From the NCBI RefSeq assembly GCF_009914755.1, contig NC_060939.1: a stretch of DNA of 64,000 bases, one strand, 5' to 3'. The position numbers and the translations under genes are program-made. The notes beneath the pieces are model-generated. The model did not search any database. It was not told the origin of the DNA and worked only from the letters and a program-made list of their open reading frames with translations. Positions 33,007-44,032 of the stretch are shown here, in pieces (positions within the stretch are counted from its first letter, which is position 1; every line of letters starts with the position of its first letter). Source of the stretch: the human T2T-CHM13v2.0 reference genome, Homo sapiens.

Positions 33007-33964
33007 CATATATGTGATTTAATTAAGTATATTTAGTTAGGTTTTAGGCCAAAGACAGCAGGAATCTAATTACCTACAGGAATCCCCTCTCACTTTTGAA
33101 CCCTTTAAAAATGTTCCCCAGGGCTCATTTAATAAAACAATAGATCCCTATTTATAAAATTTTGATTTCCCTAGTCTTTACAAACCATCTGAGCCCTGCC
33201 CACCACTTTTCTAAATGCAACCTACAGAACACATTTTCACATTCAGAGTTTGTGTTTTTCCACATCAAACATAATTACCTGTGAACTATTTTGTGATATT
33301 TCTGCAAAATAAATTACATTACAATGCATTTTGGACTCCATTAACTACATAAAACAATTGATTTGAGTCTATTGCATCCTTAGCATGGTGATATAAACTG
33401 AAATAGATGTTATTATAAATGCTAAAGGTGCCTCATGTGTACCCTTCAGGCTTCTCTAGTGGTGCTGAAATGAGGTGATGATTCCACAAAAACTCAACTA
33501 GCAACCAGAGTATCTTTATACATCTCCTGCATTCATTGCAAGAAGAATGGATTTCAACTCTCAGGGAGGCAGAGTCATACCTGAAGATTTAACTGACATG
33601 AGGTGGACACAGCCTCCTTCCCACCACCCTCCAGTGACAGTCCTGTTCCAGCCTAGCTTCAGTGGACAAAGCATCCAGTCACAACATGTGCAACCACTGT
33701 ATGCCACAAGGATGCTTCCTTGTGCTGTGGAGGATACAACAAAGGTAAGGCAGTTCTTACAGACTGAACATGTAGAGTGTTTTAAAAATTTCAAATCACA
33801 CTCATGGTTACATGTAAGAAAGCTGCAGAAAACGTTGCTTTGATTTTTTTCTAATTGGAAATAATTGAAGAGGCAAAGCTTAAATATGTAAAATAGAGAA
33901 TAATCAGGTTCCAAACTATGCAGCCCCAGCCATAATCTCATTCTCCCACTGTGAAGGCTTACTA

Positions 33965-34185
33965 ACTCGTTTCAAATACTGATTCTAACTAGCTAGTTAG
34001 AACTAGTTTCAAATACTAATTCAAATACTGATTCAACATACCACTTACTAAATCCATGACTCTGGATAAATTGCTAAAACTTCTTGTGCCTCAATTTCCC
34101 TATCTGTAACATTAGGATATTAAAAACACCTTTTCATTTGTATGAGGATTAAATTAGATAATCCTAGTAAAGCATGCACCCCAGT
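33965..34185 (+). mobile_element. MIR with a locally duplicated, palindromic 5' part
   Basis: MIR core ccacttacta...gtgcctcaatttccctatctgtaa...tgaggattaaattagataa. Confidence 0.75.
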
Positions 34186-34563
34186 GTCTACATCAATAAA
34201 TATTACAACGAATATTATTATTCTATATCAGCCATTTTCTATTTCTGTGAGTAACAGGAAGTGGGCAGGTTTACCTCAGAGAAACTCTATTTGTTTTATC
34301 TGTAATAAAACTGATGAATATTTTTCCTCTTTTTAGACCACTATCTGCTTTTAACTCAACTATGGGAATATGCTAGCTAGTAACAAAAATGAAACCTGAA
34401 ATAGAAAAGTGTATATGACAAAAATGTGAAAAAAATGAGATTCCATCTTTAAATGACATTCTTTATTTGAAAGAATACTCCCCAGCTAAATAAAATTGCT
34501 TCTTTATGCATTGACTGCTGGGGAACATGAGGAGGAGATGGAGCAAAAATGCAGTTCAGATAG

Positions 34564-34977
34564 TGCCTTAATCTGCTCAGGCTGCTATAATAGAATACCA
34601 TAGACCAGGTGGCTTAAACAACAGATATTTATTTCTCATGGTTCTGGAGGCTGGGAAGTCCAAGATCAAGGTACTGGCAGATTAGGCTTTGGGAGAGGGC
34701 ACTCTTCCTGGCTTGCAGACAGCCACCATATTGCTGTGTGCTCACATGGCCTTTTCTCAGTGGATGCAAATGGAAAGAGAGAGAGAAAAAAGAACTCTCT
34801 TGTCTTTTCCTCTTATAATAGCACTAAACCCATCATGAGGGCACTACCCTCTGATAACCTCATCTAAACCTAATTATCTTCCAATGGCTCCACCTCTAAA
34901 TACCGTCACTCTGGGAGTTAGAGCTTCAACATTGTGACTTTGGGGTGGCAGGGAGAAACAAACATTCAGCCATCACA
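34564..34977 (-). mobile_element. MLT1A-type solo LTR
   Basis: ggctgctataatagaataccatagaccaggtggcttaaacaacag...ctggaggctgggaagtccaagatcaagg...aacattcagccatcaca. Confidence 0.88.
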
Positions 34978-35019
34978 AATCATGTGCTGTATTTTTGACT
35001 TAGCAAGTCAGCGATTAAG

Positions 35020-35485
35020 ACAATGATGTGCCCAAGTGAGCCACACTTATTGATAGTCACAGTCTTGTGAATTTATATCCTATATTAACACTGGGCTTAG
35101 CCATGCTACTTTCTTTCGCTAAATGAAAGTTAGCCAGAATAATGCATTGAGATACTTAATAAGTGTTTGCACGTTACAGCTTGTTTCTTTTGGAAGCGAG
35201 CCACTATGTTGCACAGAAGCTCAGGCTGGACAACAGGATAATGAGAGGCCAGATAGAGGGAGGTCTACACAATGAGACCATCTTGGACATCTTGGACATT
35301 CCAGCCACAATAGATCTCCCAGCTGGATGTAGTTACCAGAGTGATCTCAGCTACACTATGGGGAACAAAAGACCTACTGAGCTGCTCCTAGCAAACCCAT
35401 GGAATTGTGACAAAAAATAAATCATTGTTGTTTGCAGCTACTAAGTTTTGGAGTGATTTTTAGCTACAATTGATAACTGCAACAG
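35020..35485 (+). mobile_element. MLT1F/G/H-type LTR
   Basis: 3' end aaataaatcattgttgtttgcagctactaagttttggagtg...gataactgcaaca. Confidence 0.7.
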
Positions 35486-35729
35486 TCAACATATCATTTT
35501 AATGAAATATTTAAGCCACTCAGATTTCACTTCCGCAACAGATTTTTATTATACTCATTTGGATGATAGCAAATCAAGGAGAAAAGAGGTCTATGACTGG
35601 ATCTGAGAATGGATACAGGAATGAGGTGAAATGAGTTAATGACAAAAATAAATTATTAATATCTGGCAGTAGAATTTCTCCTGGTTTCAGAATTGCATTT
35701 GTTTAGAAAAAAGAAAAATCCTTAGTAAG

Positions 35730-36110
35730 TATATCAAGTCGGATTAAGTCTGGCTGCATGTAATAGAAAAAAACAACAACATAATAATGTCGGTAGCTTA
35801 AATGATATAGATGTTTATTTTCCTTGTGTTTATAAGGAAAATCAAAGACTGACAGTCCGGGGCTGCTAAGGTCTTCCTGTGATTTTCTGGGACCCAGGTC
35901 CCTTCTATGTTGATGCTCTACCATCAAATGGTATTGCTCCATGGTCTGTGATGGCTGGTCAAGCTCTGGAATTCGGGTCTGTATTCTAATCAGCAGTAAT
36001 AAAGGGAAGGTGCAGAGGGAGAAAAAGACTGTACCAAACTTCTGCTTACATCTCATGGAGAGAATTAAATCAAAAGGCCACACATAGCTAAAAGAATGAA
36101 GAAGTCTTCT
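35730..36110 (-). mobile_element. MLT1J/K-type LTR
   Basis: ggattaagtctggctgcatgtaatag...gtagcttaaatgatatagatgtttattttcc; old MaLR pattern. Confidence 0.6.
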
Positions 36111-38484
36111 ATATTGCTAGGTAACATGTGATGTGAGCACTAAATATGGTCAATAGGTCTTAATAAAGACTACTTTATTTAAATTACTTTGTGTGAAAGT
36201 ATTGTGTATGTGTGTGTGTATGTAAGTAATTTGCTGAATAGCTGAGAGTCATGTATGGAAAAATGTCTGGAAGAGTGGCATTAATGTGAAAGATCCCCGA
36301 AGTAGAAGTGACAAAGACAAAGTAATCCTCTTGGAGTTTTTTGAACAAATTTTAGGGAGGACTTTATACTTCAGCAGATTGCAAAACAAAGATTCAAGCC
36401 AATCATGTCTTTCTTTACTTTTTATTATTTAAAATGTAAAGAACACACAAGATCAGAATTAATGATATAATGAAGCCCCACCTAGCCATCACTCAGTTTC
36501 AAAAATTTCAACACAGGATTAATATTGTTTCATTTGTACACCACTGACTTTTCTCTGTCTCCAACACTGGATTATTTTGAAGCAAATAGCAGACATATCA
36601 CAAGCTAATCTTTCTTAGATCACAAAGGATCAAAGACCCTGAAAGCCTCTGGATTAAATGTGGGAAAATGTATAAAGTCAATCACTGTAGGGTCAAAGAG
36701 CAAGATTTGGATAGATTTAGAGAAAACGGTAGATAGTATAAGCAGTTTAGAATTGAATAAAAATAAAATATGTAGAGAGCTACAAGATTATTAAGTAAGC
36801 CAAACATGAGAAAGATGGAATGACAACAGAGAGTAGGTAGTGGATTTGTGAAATAGCTAAACATACGCAAAGGAAAAGAGGAGAAAATTATGCAGGTTAC
36901 AGAACCTTCAAGGAGTTGCCAATGGATAACAAACCATGACTTACAAGATGAAGATGAAAGGAAAAGTGAAGAGGTCAATGGCAAACACCGCTGGCTATTT
37001 GGCTAATATCCTTTCTAATTGTTCGCCTTAGTAATAGACCCCAGTTGTATTTATTCAGCAATGTATCCTGCTAAAAGACAATTCCTATCCTCTCCTTGCA
37101 CATAGAGTAGGTGAAATTCATTGAATAGGACAAGCTCTTTAAAGGAGACTGATTCAGCTGGAGAAGCTCACTTTTTATCCGTTACTTTCTATTTCCAGTT
37201 CCTAAAGTCATGATTCCTGGAGTCTTAACAGCCATCAGGGGCTAAAACCAGTGCAGGGTGTTGAAGCTTGTATCACCTTGCATTAATGACTGTGGTGACA
37301 CCACATTAGCTGTGGCCAGCTGAACTCTGCACTGCTGATACAGGAGACAAAGAAGAGCCACTTGTGCTGAGAAGAGTGGGGGTCTCTATTAAATGTGGCC
37401 AAGACTAATTTAATTGACATAGGTATCATGAAAGCGATATAGTAAAAAGTATTTGAAGGATGAATGGGAATTTTTACTGAGCAAAACTGGATGAATGAAA
37501 CATTTTCCACTGATCAATAGATGTTGTTGTTCTGTAGACAGTGTCTCTCTCAATTGAATTTTTGGATAAAAAAGACAAAGACTCAAACATTTCTTGCAGA
37601 GCAGCTCTCCAAAGCTGAGCCAGAATCAAAGACTCAGTGGTGTCGCCCATTATTACTTATTAATTATTACTATTAGTACTAACCTCTTAAAATTCTACTA
37701 TACTTTGTCAATTTTACAGCACTTTCTTATAAATTACCTCATATCCATTCATTCATTCATTCATTTAACTAAGATGTTTTGAGCACTTATGTGTAAATCC
37801 TCATAGTAGGCATGCCTGGGGGACAAAGCACTGCATGGAATCATAGCAGGTAAGGCCCCCAAAATTGTTGCCATATAGTGATTGAGTACCCTATGCTGAA
37901 CATTTTACAAGGTTTATGGTCTATTTCTACAGAGGAGGAAACTAAGTCTCAAATAACTTCGTGATTTCCTTGACTTTGTCCCTCTCGTATTTCCAATACA
38001 GACCACATAAATTATTATCATCTCTGCCTTTGCCCTTTTGTACACTTACTATATATCTTGCTGCCAGCAGTTATGGGGGAAAGGGTACAAAGGGGCAGAA
38101 CTATTTACTTAATGCTGGCCAGAACTATTGTACTAAATCCAAAAAACTGTGAATAGGGTTAAAGTAGTTCAAAAGGAAAAATACGTTTCCATCCTAATCT
38201 GATCTACTGTTTGTATGTTAAATAGTGGCATGCTGAACATTTGGTATAACCTAATGGGAAATCCCTCACGGGCAGAATAGACTTAGACTCTGTGAATACA
38301 TCTTAGAGAAGTCACATCATACCCTCTTTTCTGCTATGTAAGCAAGGCACCACCAGCCCTAGGCCAGTAGTGAGGGGTTAAATCTCGTTTCAGCCCTGCT
38401 TTAAGTGAACATACATTAGTCCCACTGAAGGCTTGGGGAGAAGGGATAAAATGGGAAATGCATGAGCATTTGAAAAATCAAAAA

Positions 38485-38742
38485 TAGGGTTGTCAGTATA
38501 TCAAATAAAAATACAAAGTACCTACTTAAACTTGAATTTCAGATAAATAATGAATAACTCCTTAGTATAGCTATGTTCCGAAATCCCATCGATTGCATGG
38601 CTAACAACAGGTTGCAAAATAGAGGCAATTTATTGTCTGAATATTGCATGGCACATGGACTCATTCTGAAACTGTTTATCTGTAATTTGTATTTAACTGG
38701 ATGTAATTTGTATTAACTGGATATTTTATCTGGTGGTCCCAG
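38485..38742. mobile_element. MER53 palindromic MITE, interrupted
   Basis: tagggttgtcag...aaacttgaatttcagataaataatgaataa...tatgttcc, then atattgcatggcacat...gtttatctgtaatttgtatttaactgg...ttttatctgg. Confidence 0.75.
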
Positions 38743-38944
38743 TTAAAAAGAAATATAATACCTTCATCAAGGTTCTTAATTTAACGTACTAGAGCATCTC
38801 AGAGGTCAAGAGAGCCTGAATTACATTCTAGAAGAATTTATGTATTTTTTCATTTTACAAATTAACACTTTTAACTATAATGAATAATGAATATGTTCAC
38901 TAGATAATTATAGCATACATATTTAAAATTAAACCAGATATTGA

Positions 38945-39130
38945 TTTTTTATATTTTATTTTATTGTGGTAAGAACACTTAAAGGAGATCTTACCCTCTT
39001 AAATTTTTAAGTGTATAATACATTATTGTTGCCTATAGGTACAATGCTGTACAGCAGATCTCTTGTGCTTGCCCATCTCACTTGACTGAAACTTTATGTC
39101 TGTTGATTAGTAATGCCTCCTTCTTACTTA
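38945..39130 (-). mobile_element. L1MA (MA8/9-like) 3' end
   Basis: ttttattgtggtaagaacacttaa...tacaatgctgtacagcagatctct...actgaaacttt. Confidence 0.8.
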
Positions 39131-39516
39131 CTAGCAGTAGGGTAGTTCTGGCACTATTATACAAGGATGCTAAAATCCTAAATAAAATATTAGTAAATTA
39201 AAAAAATTGTAAACTATCATGTACTTTAGGCAATATGGTTGGGTAGTGAGCAACAAATTTAAATTTTCAAGTCTACTTTAAATCATATAAGTATATCCCA
39301 GTTATTGTATGTATTTATTATTTGGAGATAATGGCAAAGTCTAGATCGGAAGGCTTTTATATAATATGCTGAGAGCTAAATGTTCCTCTCTCCTCCTCCT
39401 TCACTCCCCACAAATGATTGGCTTCATTGGCCACAGAAGAGAAAATTGATCAATTGCTTGAAATATCTTTTTGTTTCATCCCCAGGTATTGAAAGTCATC
39501 TTGCAGATTTGGGAAC

Positions 39517-40000
39517 TGTATTTTCATTTCCTTTGGCTGTTGTAACAAATTACCACAAACTTGGTGATTTAAAACAATATACACTTATTTCTGTACAGTT
39601 CTGGAGGCCAGAAGTCCAAAATCACTTTCACTGGACAGAAATCAATATGAAAGCAGGATTGTGCTTCCTTGAGAAGCTCTTGGAGAGAATTCCTTCCTTG
39701 CCTCTTCCAGCTTCTGGTGGCTGCTGCCATTCATTGGCTTGTGACTGCATCATTCCAATCTTTGTCTCTGTGGTCACATTCCCTTTTCCTCTTCTGTGTC
39801 TCAAATTTCCTTCTGTCTCCTACTTAAAAGGACCTATGATTGCACTTAAGGCCCACGCTGATAATCCAGGATAATCTCCCCTTCTCAGGATTCTTAATTT
39901 CATCACATCTGCAAAATCCATTTTCTTCCATATAAAGTAACAGAGTTTCTAGGGGATTAGAACATGGGTATCTGTGGGGGCCATTATTTAACCTGCCACA
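39517..40000 (-). mobile_element. MLT1C/D solo LTR
   Basis: tgtatt...aaattaccacaaacttggtg...gataatccaggataatctccc...cctgccaca; perfect 5-bp TSD GGAAC on both sides. Confidence 0.92.
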
Positions 40001-40409
40001 GGAACTGACATTGCTCACTGCTGGGTCCCTGAAGAACACAAATTGGCTTGTTGGTGGGCTTGGCCAGGAATCGGTTTAGCTGGAGATGCCTTTCACTGAT
40101 TGTGAAGGAGGTCCTAGAACCCAAACGTGAAGGCTCAGCGATCTGTCACGCACACCTGATGTCATGAGCATGGACCATGTCCCTCTCATGTTTCAAATAC
40201 AGGCCACAGGTAGGGTCCATAGTCCCACCACAGAAAGCAGTTCTTGTGGTATTGAGGTCAATTATATGTCCTCAAAAACCTGAAGTTCTACCCATTTCAT
40301 TACCGTCTCTTCTTCCTGCTATGATGCTAAGTGTGGATGGGTAAACATTCATTATTTTTAAAATGCTCATTAACATGTATTAGGTGCCAGGGATTATGGC
40401 AGGCCATTT

Positions 40410-40650
40410 AAAGCATGGTGGTCGAGAAAGCAGCCTCTGAAGCAGATTGCCAGGGATCTAATTTCTGCTCCACTAATTACTGGCTATGTGATATACCTCT
40501 ATGCCTATGTTCCCCGACTATAAAATAGGCTCTATCTCACAAGGTTGTTGAGGATTAAATGAGCTATTATGTGTTAATGCTTGGACCAATGGCTGGCTGC
40601 TACCTGATCTTTGGTCTCTCTAGACTTAACAAATGTTAATTACTATTTAT
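40410..40650 (+). mobile_element. MIR
   Basis: ctgctccactaattactggctatgtga...tctcacaaggttgttgaggattaaatgag. Confidence 0.75.
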
Positions 40651-41819
40651 TTGAATGGAGAAACCAAAGAGATATGGAGCCCTGTGTGAGACACAGGGAT
40701 AGCTAAGGCAAGATATGTTCATGAAAGTAATTTTAAGTTTAGGAGTTAAGACAATAAGTTTAACAAGAGGTCTGAGCATTGAGAGGTGTTTGTTTATTGT
40801 TTTTTAGAACTCTGACTTAAGTGAGTCAAGCAAGAGAAGAGAAAGAGGGAGGGAAAAATAAATGCTATTTTTGGAGGAAAGATGGTTGGGTAAGCTCTCT
40901 GTGGTACTGGTAGGCAGGTTTTGCATGTGGCTGGGTAGCTGGGCAGTCAAGTATTGCATTAACGCCAGCCTGATGCAGCTTGGGCTGGTGTGAAGAACCA
41001 TGGGATCTCTAAGGCTTAGGGGTCTTCACATTTAGTGACCACCAAGTTACCAACCTGAGTATCATCTTAGAAAAAGTGGGTAATACTTACAAGGAAGACT
41101 TGTTTCAAGAATTAAAGGAACGTATGAGCAATCATCCAGCTAACTCCAAAATGCTTTGTTTTCCACAGGACTAATTATATGGGATACAAGCCAAGCATAC
41201 AAATTGAAGTCTTCCTTCCTTTAAATACCACATAAAACCACCAAAGCTTGCCTCATATTTAAGGGACATTCACTCCTTGAACATTGTTTGAATACGTACT
41301 GTATGCCGAGGACCACACTAGGAGCTGTTGACAAAGTTATGAATATGAGTATGAATTATTTCTGCCTGAACAAACTTACAGACCAATAGTTCTGCCTAGA
41401 GAAACTTAAAGACCAGTAGTAGAGGAAGTAATCCAAACAGGAAAATGTCACATGAGTGATAGGTATTATCATGAAACTAAGAACAGAATGCTGAGGGAAG
41501 CCCTTAGAAAGGAACTTCTCATTGTCTGCAGAAACAGGGAAAAGTAAATATAAAAATATTTCCACAACAATAACAGCGAGGAAGCGGGCTCATTAGAAAA
41601 GGGCACGTGTGGCTTGGATTGGGGTAAAGAGGGTGTTCTGGAACTTTGTGGGCCTTTTTGCATATGGAGAAAAGCTGGGCTGACAGTCTAACTCCAAAGG
41701 CCAATGAACAGCGGTTAGATGATTAACACCTGGGAATACATTTCTACAGTATTAAAAGTGATATGTAGCTCATTTAAAGAAATACATCTTAATATGTAGT
41801 ACACAATATATCTAAACCA

Positions 41820-43230
41820 TCGCAACGACAAAATCAAAGCAAGGTCCTTTGCACCGAAGGGCCTGGGGAGATGTGGGCGAAGACCCCAGGACCTTTCCCC
41901 TGCTCAGAGACCAAAGGGTTTTCAGAGCGGAGGTGGGGGCTCCCGGCAGGGGAAGTTAGAGCCGAGGGAGCGGCAGGAGCACGTGGGCTGAGTGGGGGTG
42001 GGAGGACGCAGACGGCGGAGTAACCGGTGGAAGTGTCAAAGAGGAAGGAGTGGAGGGCTGCTGAGGTGACAGGGTGTGGTCTGTGAGGGAGCGGACGAAC
42101 CCGGAGAAGAGAGCAGAGAGACCCACCAGGACTAGGAGGCAGCGGGGAGCGTGCCTGCGTCGCTCGGAGCGGTGACAGCAAGGAGCGCAGCGCGGAGGCC
42201 GGGCGGCAAGGGGAGTTTCCAGTCCTCGATAAGTGGAGTCCCTGCTCTGCGCTGCGCCAGCGCCTTCCGCCTGGGCCCGCGGTGCTAGACACCTGCCGAG
42301 TCCGAAGCGGGAGTCAGGCTGAGCCTTCGGCCCCCAAGTAAGTCTTCCCTTTTCTCTCCATTTCTCCTCCGTCGCCTTTACTTCTTTATCTGCGAAGCGA
42401 GGAGCTGCTGACGGAGGTTCTGCGCGAAAAGCGCACCGGGGAGCTCTGGCGGCGTCCAGGATGCTCCAGCCTCCCGGCGCGCCGCGGCCGGCGCAGAGAC
42501 CCGACCGCGAGGCCCGCCGCCCGGTTCCCGTGCGCAGCATGGCCCGAGGCGGCGGCAGAGTTGTTGGCACTGATAAGACCCGTCTTTTGTGTCTTGCCCG
42601 ATCCCGGAGCTGTGCCAGGCCGGGGGGAGGGAGCGGAAGCCACTTTATGGCTCGTGGCCCCACCTCTTGCCCCCACCCCAAATCCTCCGGGATTTCAAAA
42701 TGCCGCGGACTCGGGCGCAAGTGAGCGCCAAACCCGCAAGCTGGGCGAGTTGGATCCGGGTCGGCAGCCGGCTGAACCGCCACGCTGCCCCGCTTTTTTT
42801 ATTTTCTTTTTAGATACGGCATCTAATTGGTGGGTGCTGGGAGGCAGGGCTGGTTGGGTGAGCACGAGTACCTGGGTGTAGGGAACGACCTACCTTCTTG
42901 CTTTCCTTGGGGTTTAGAGGGGAAGGGGTGGGGGCACCCAGAGCCCCGAAGCCCGGAGCGTCCCGCGCTAGCGGGCTTGCGCGCGGCCGGCGAGCAGGCG
43001 TTCTCTGGGTGGGTCCCTTGTCTGGCTCATTGTTCGCGGTGACTGTTCTTGGGGCCAGGCTGAGCGACACAGACACCGCTCACCGGGCTGTAAATAAAAG
43101 TGACGACTTGGAGGAGTGGGGGTCAAGGCTGCCGGGAGGGAAAAGGCTTGCCCATTTTAGAAACCGACTTGGAGCTCGGAAGAGCAAACGTAGTCGACAG
43201 AGAAAACCGCTCCTGAGTGCGAAACTTAGA
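41820..43230 (+). promoter_or_regulatory. CpG island promoter of an unidentified + strand gene
   Basis: Abrupt high GC and dense CpG in an AT-rich background. Strong + strand G/purine skew at 41930-42220. CACGTG at 41980-41985 (another at 41604-41609), CCAAT at 41701, E2F-type GCGCGAAAA at 42422-42430. Confidence 0.9.
42000..42337 (+). other. Putative non-coding first exon (5' UTR); start approximate
   Basis: Ends at the strong donor CAA|GTAAGT (42338-42343); no ATG in this interval. It vaguely recalls the OXR1 long-isoform exon 1, but that recollection is unverified, so no symbol is assigned. Confidence 0.6.
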
Positions 43231-43886
43231 TCTGACTCTAATTCACAGAGACAGCCTAGTAAATTAAACCCTCAGGAACAGGGCACGGTATTTCCCCCAT
43301 TGAAATTGTTTTCAGAGTAACGAAGATGGAGTTTTAAGTGTTATTGACAGCTGGCCGCTTTCTCTTGCTAGCACCTGTTTCCCTTAAAGATTCCTGGGTG
43401 GGGTTTATTTTTTCGCCCCCTCCCTCCTTTTTTTAGAATGTGCATTTATTCCATTTGTGCCTTCAGCTAGTCGAGTTGCATGGTGCTGGGAGGAGAATCC
43501 ATTTTTGAAAGCAAAGTGCAATTTCCACTCTACAAATGGCCAAGCACTGGTGTAGACGTCCATTGCTCCCCCACCCTGGCCGCATGCTAACATTCATGGA
43601 GGCAGACATGTGTACCCAGAATCAGAGGGAGCCGGTTATCCTCAGTTGGAGATCCCAAAAGACTTCTGCATACAGTTCCTTTCGTTGGATGGTAGATACT
43701 CTTATTTGACTTTCTTCCATTCTTTAAATTACAATGGTATCACCTGTTCATGGTGCCTATTCCTTAGCCCACTACAAAGGAGGATGCATTTTGCTGGGAA
43801 AAAAATGCTCTTTCTTTTTCTGAGGTCCGTGGGTAGTATTCAGAATAAGCTCTTGACAAGAGAAATTATTAAATTATTATGATTTC

Positions 43887-44032
43887 TTATATATGTGTGT
43901 ATATATAAATATATATGTACAAGTTTACAATATTGTCTACAAATATACAATATTTGTGTATATATATGTGTATATATGTATGTATGTGTGCATGTATATA
44001 TATGTGTGTGCATATATATATACACATATATA
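43887..44032. repeat. (TA)n/(TG)n low-complexity microsatellite
   Basis: Alternating purine-pyrimidine tatatatgtgtgtatatata... tract. Confidence 0.9.

Noticed and set aside
33449-33470. REST/RE1 site (reverse TTCAGCACCAC)
   Set aside because: Only the left half matches; the GGACAG half is absent.
39380-39874. 164-aa ORF
   Set aside because: Mostly the antisense reading of an MLT1 LTR.
42000-42720. Assigning a gene name (OXR1 and LRRC7 came to mind)
   Set aside because: No coding exon lies in the window. LRRC7 does not fit my recollection that its exon 1 ends in AT, and OXR1 is only an unverified memory. A BLAT search would settle it.
41834-43320. Long overlapping ORFs in the CpG island (275, 152 and 140 aa)
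   Set aside because: Pro/Arg/Ala/Gly-rich ORFs on both strands are expected where stop codons are rare in GC-rich DNA; no recognisable domain.
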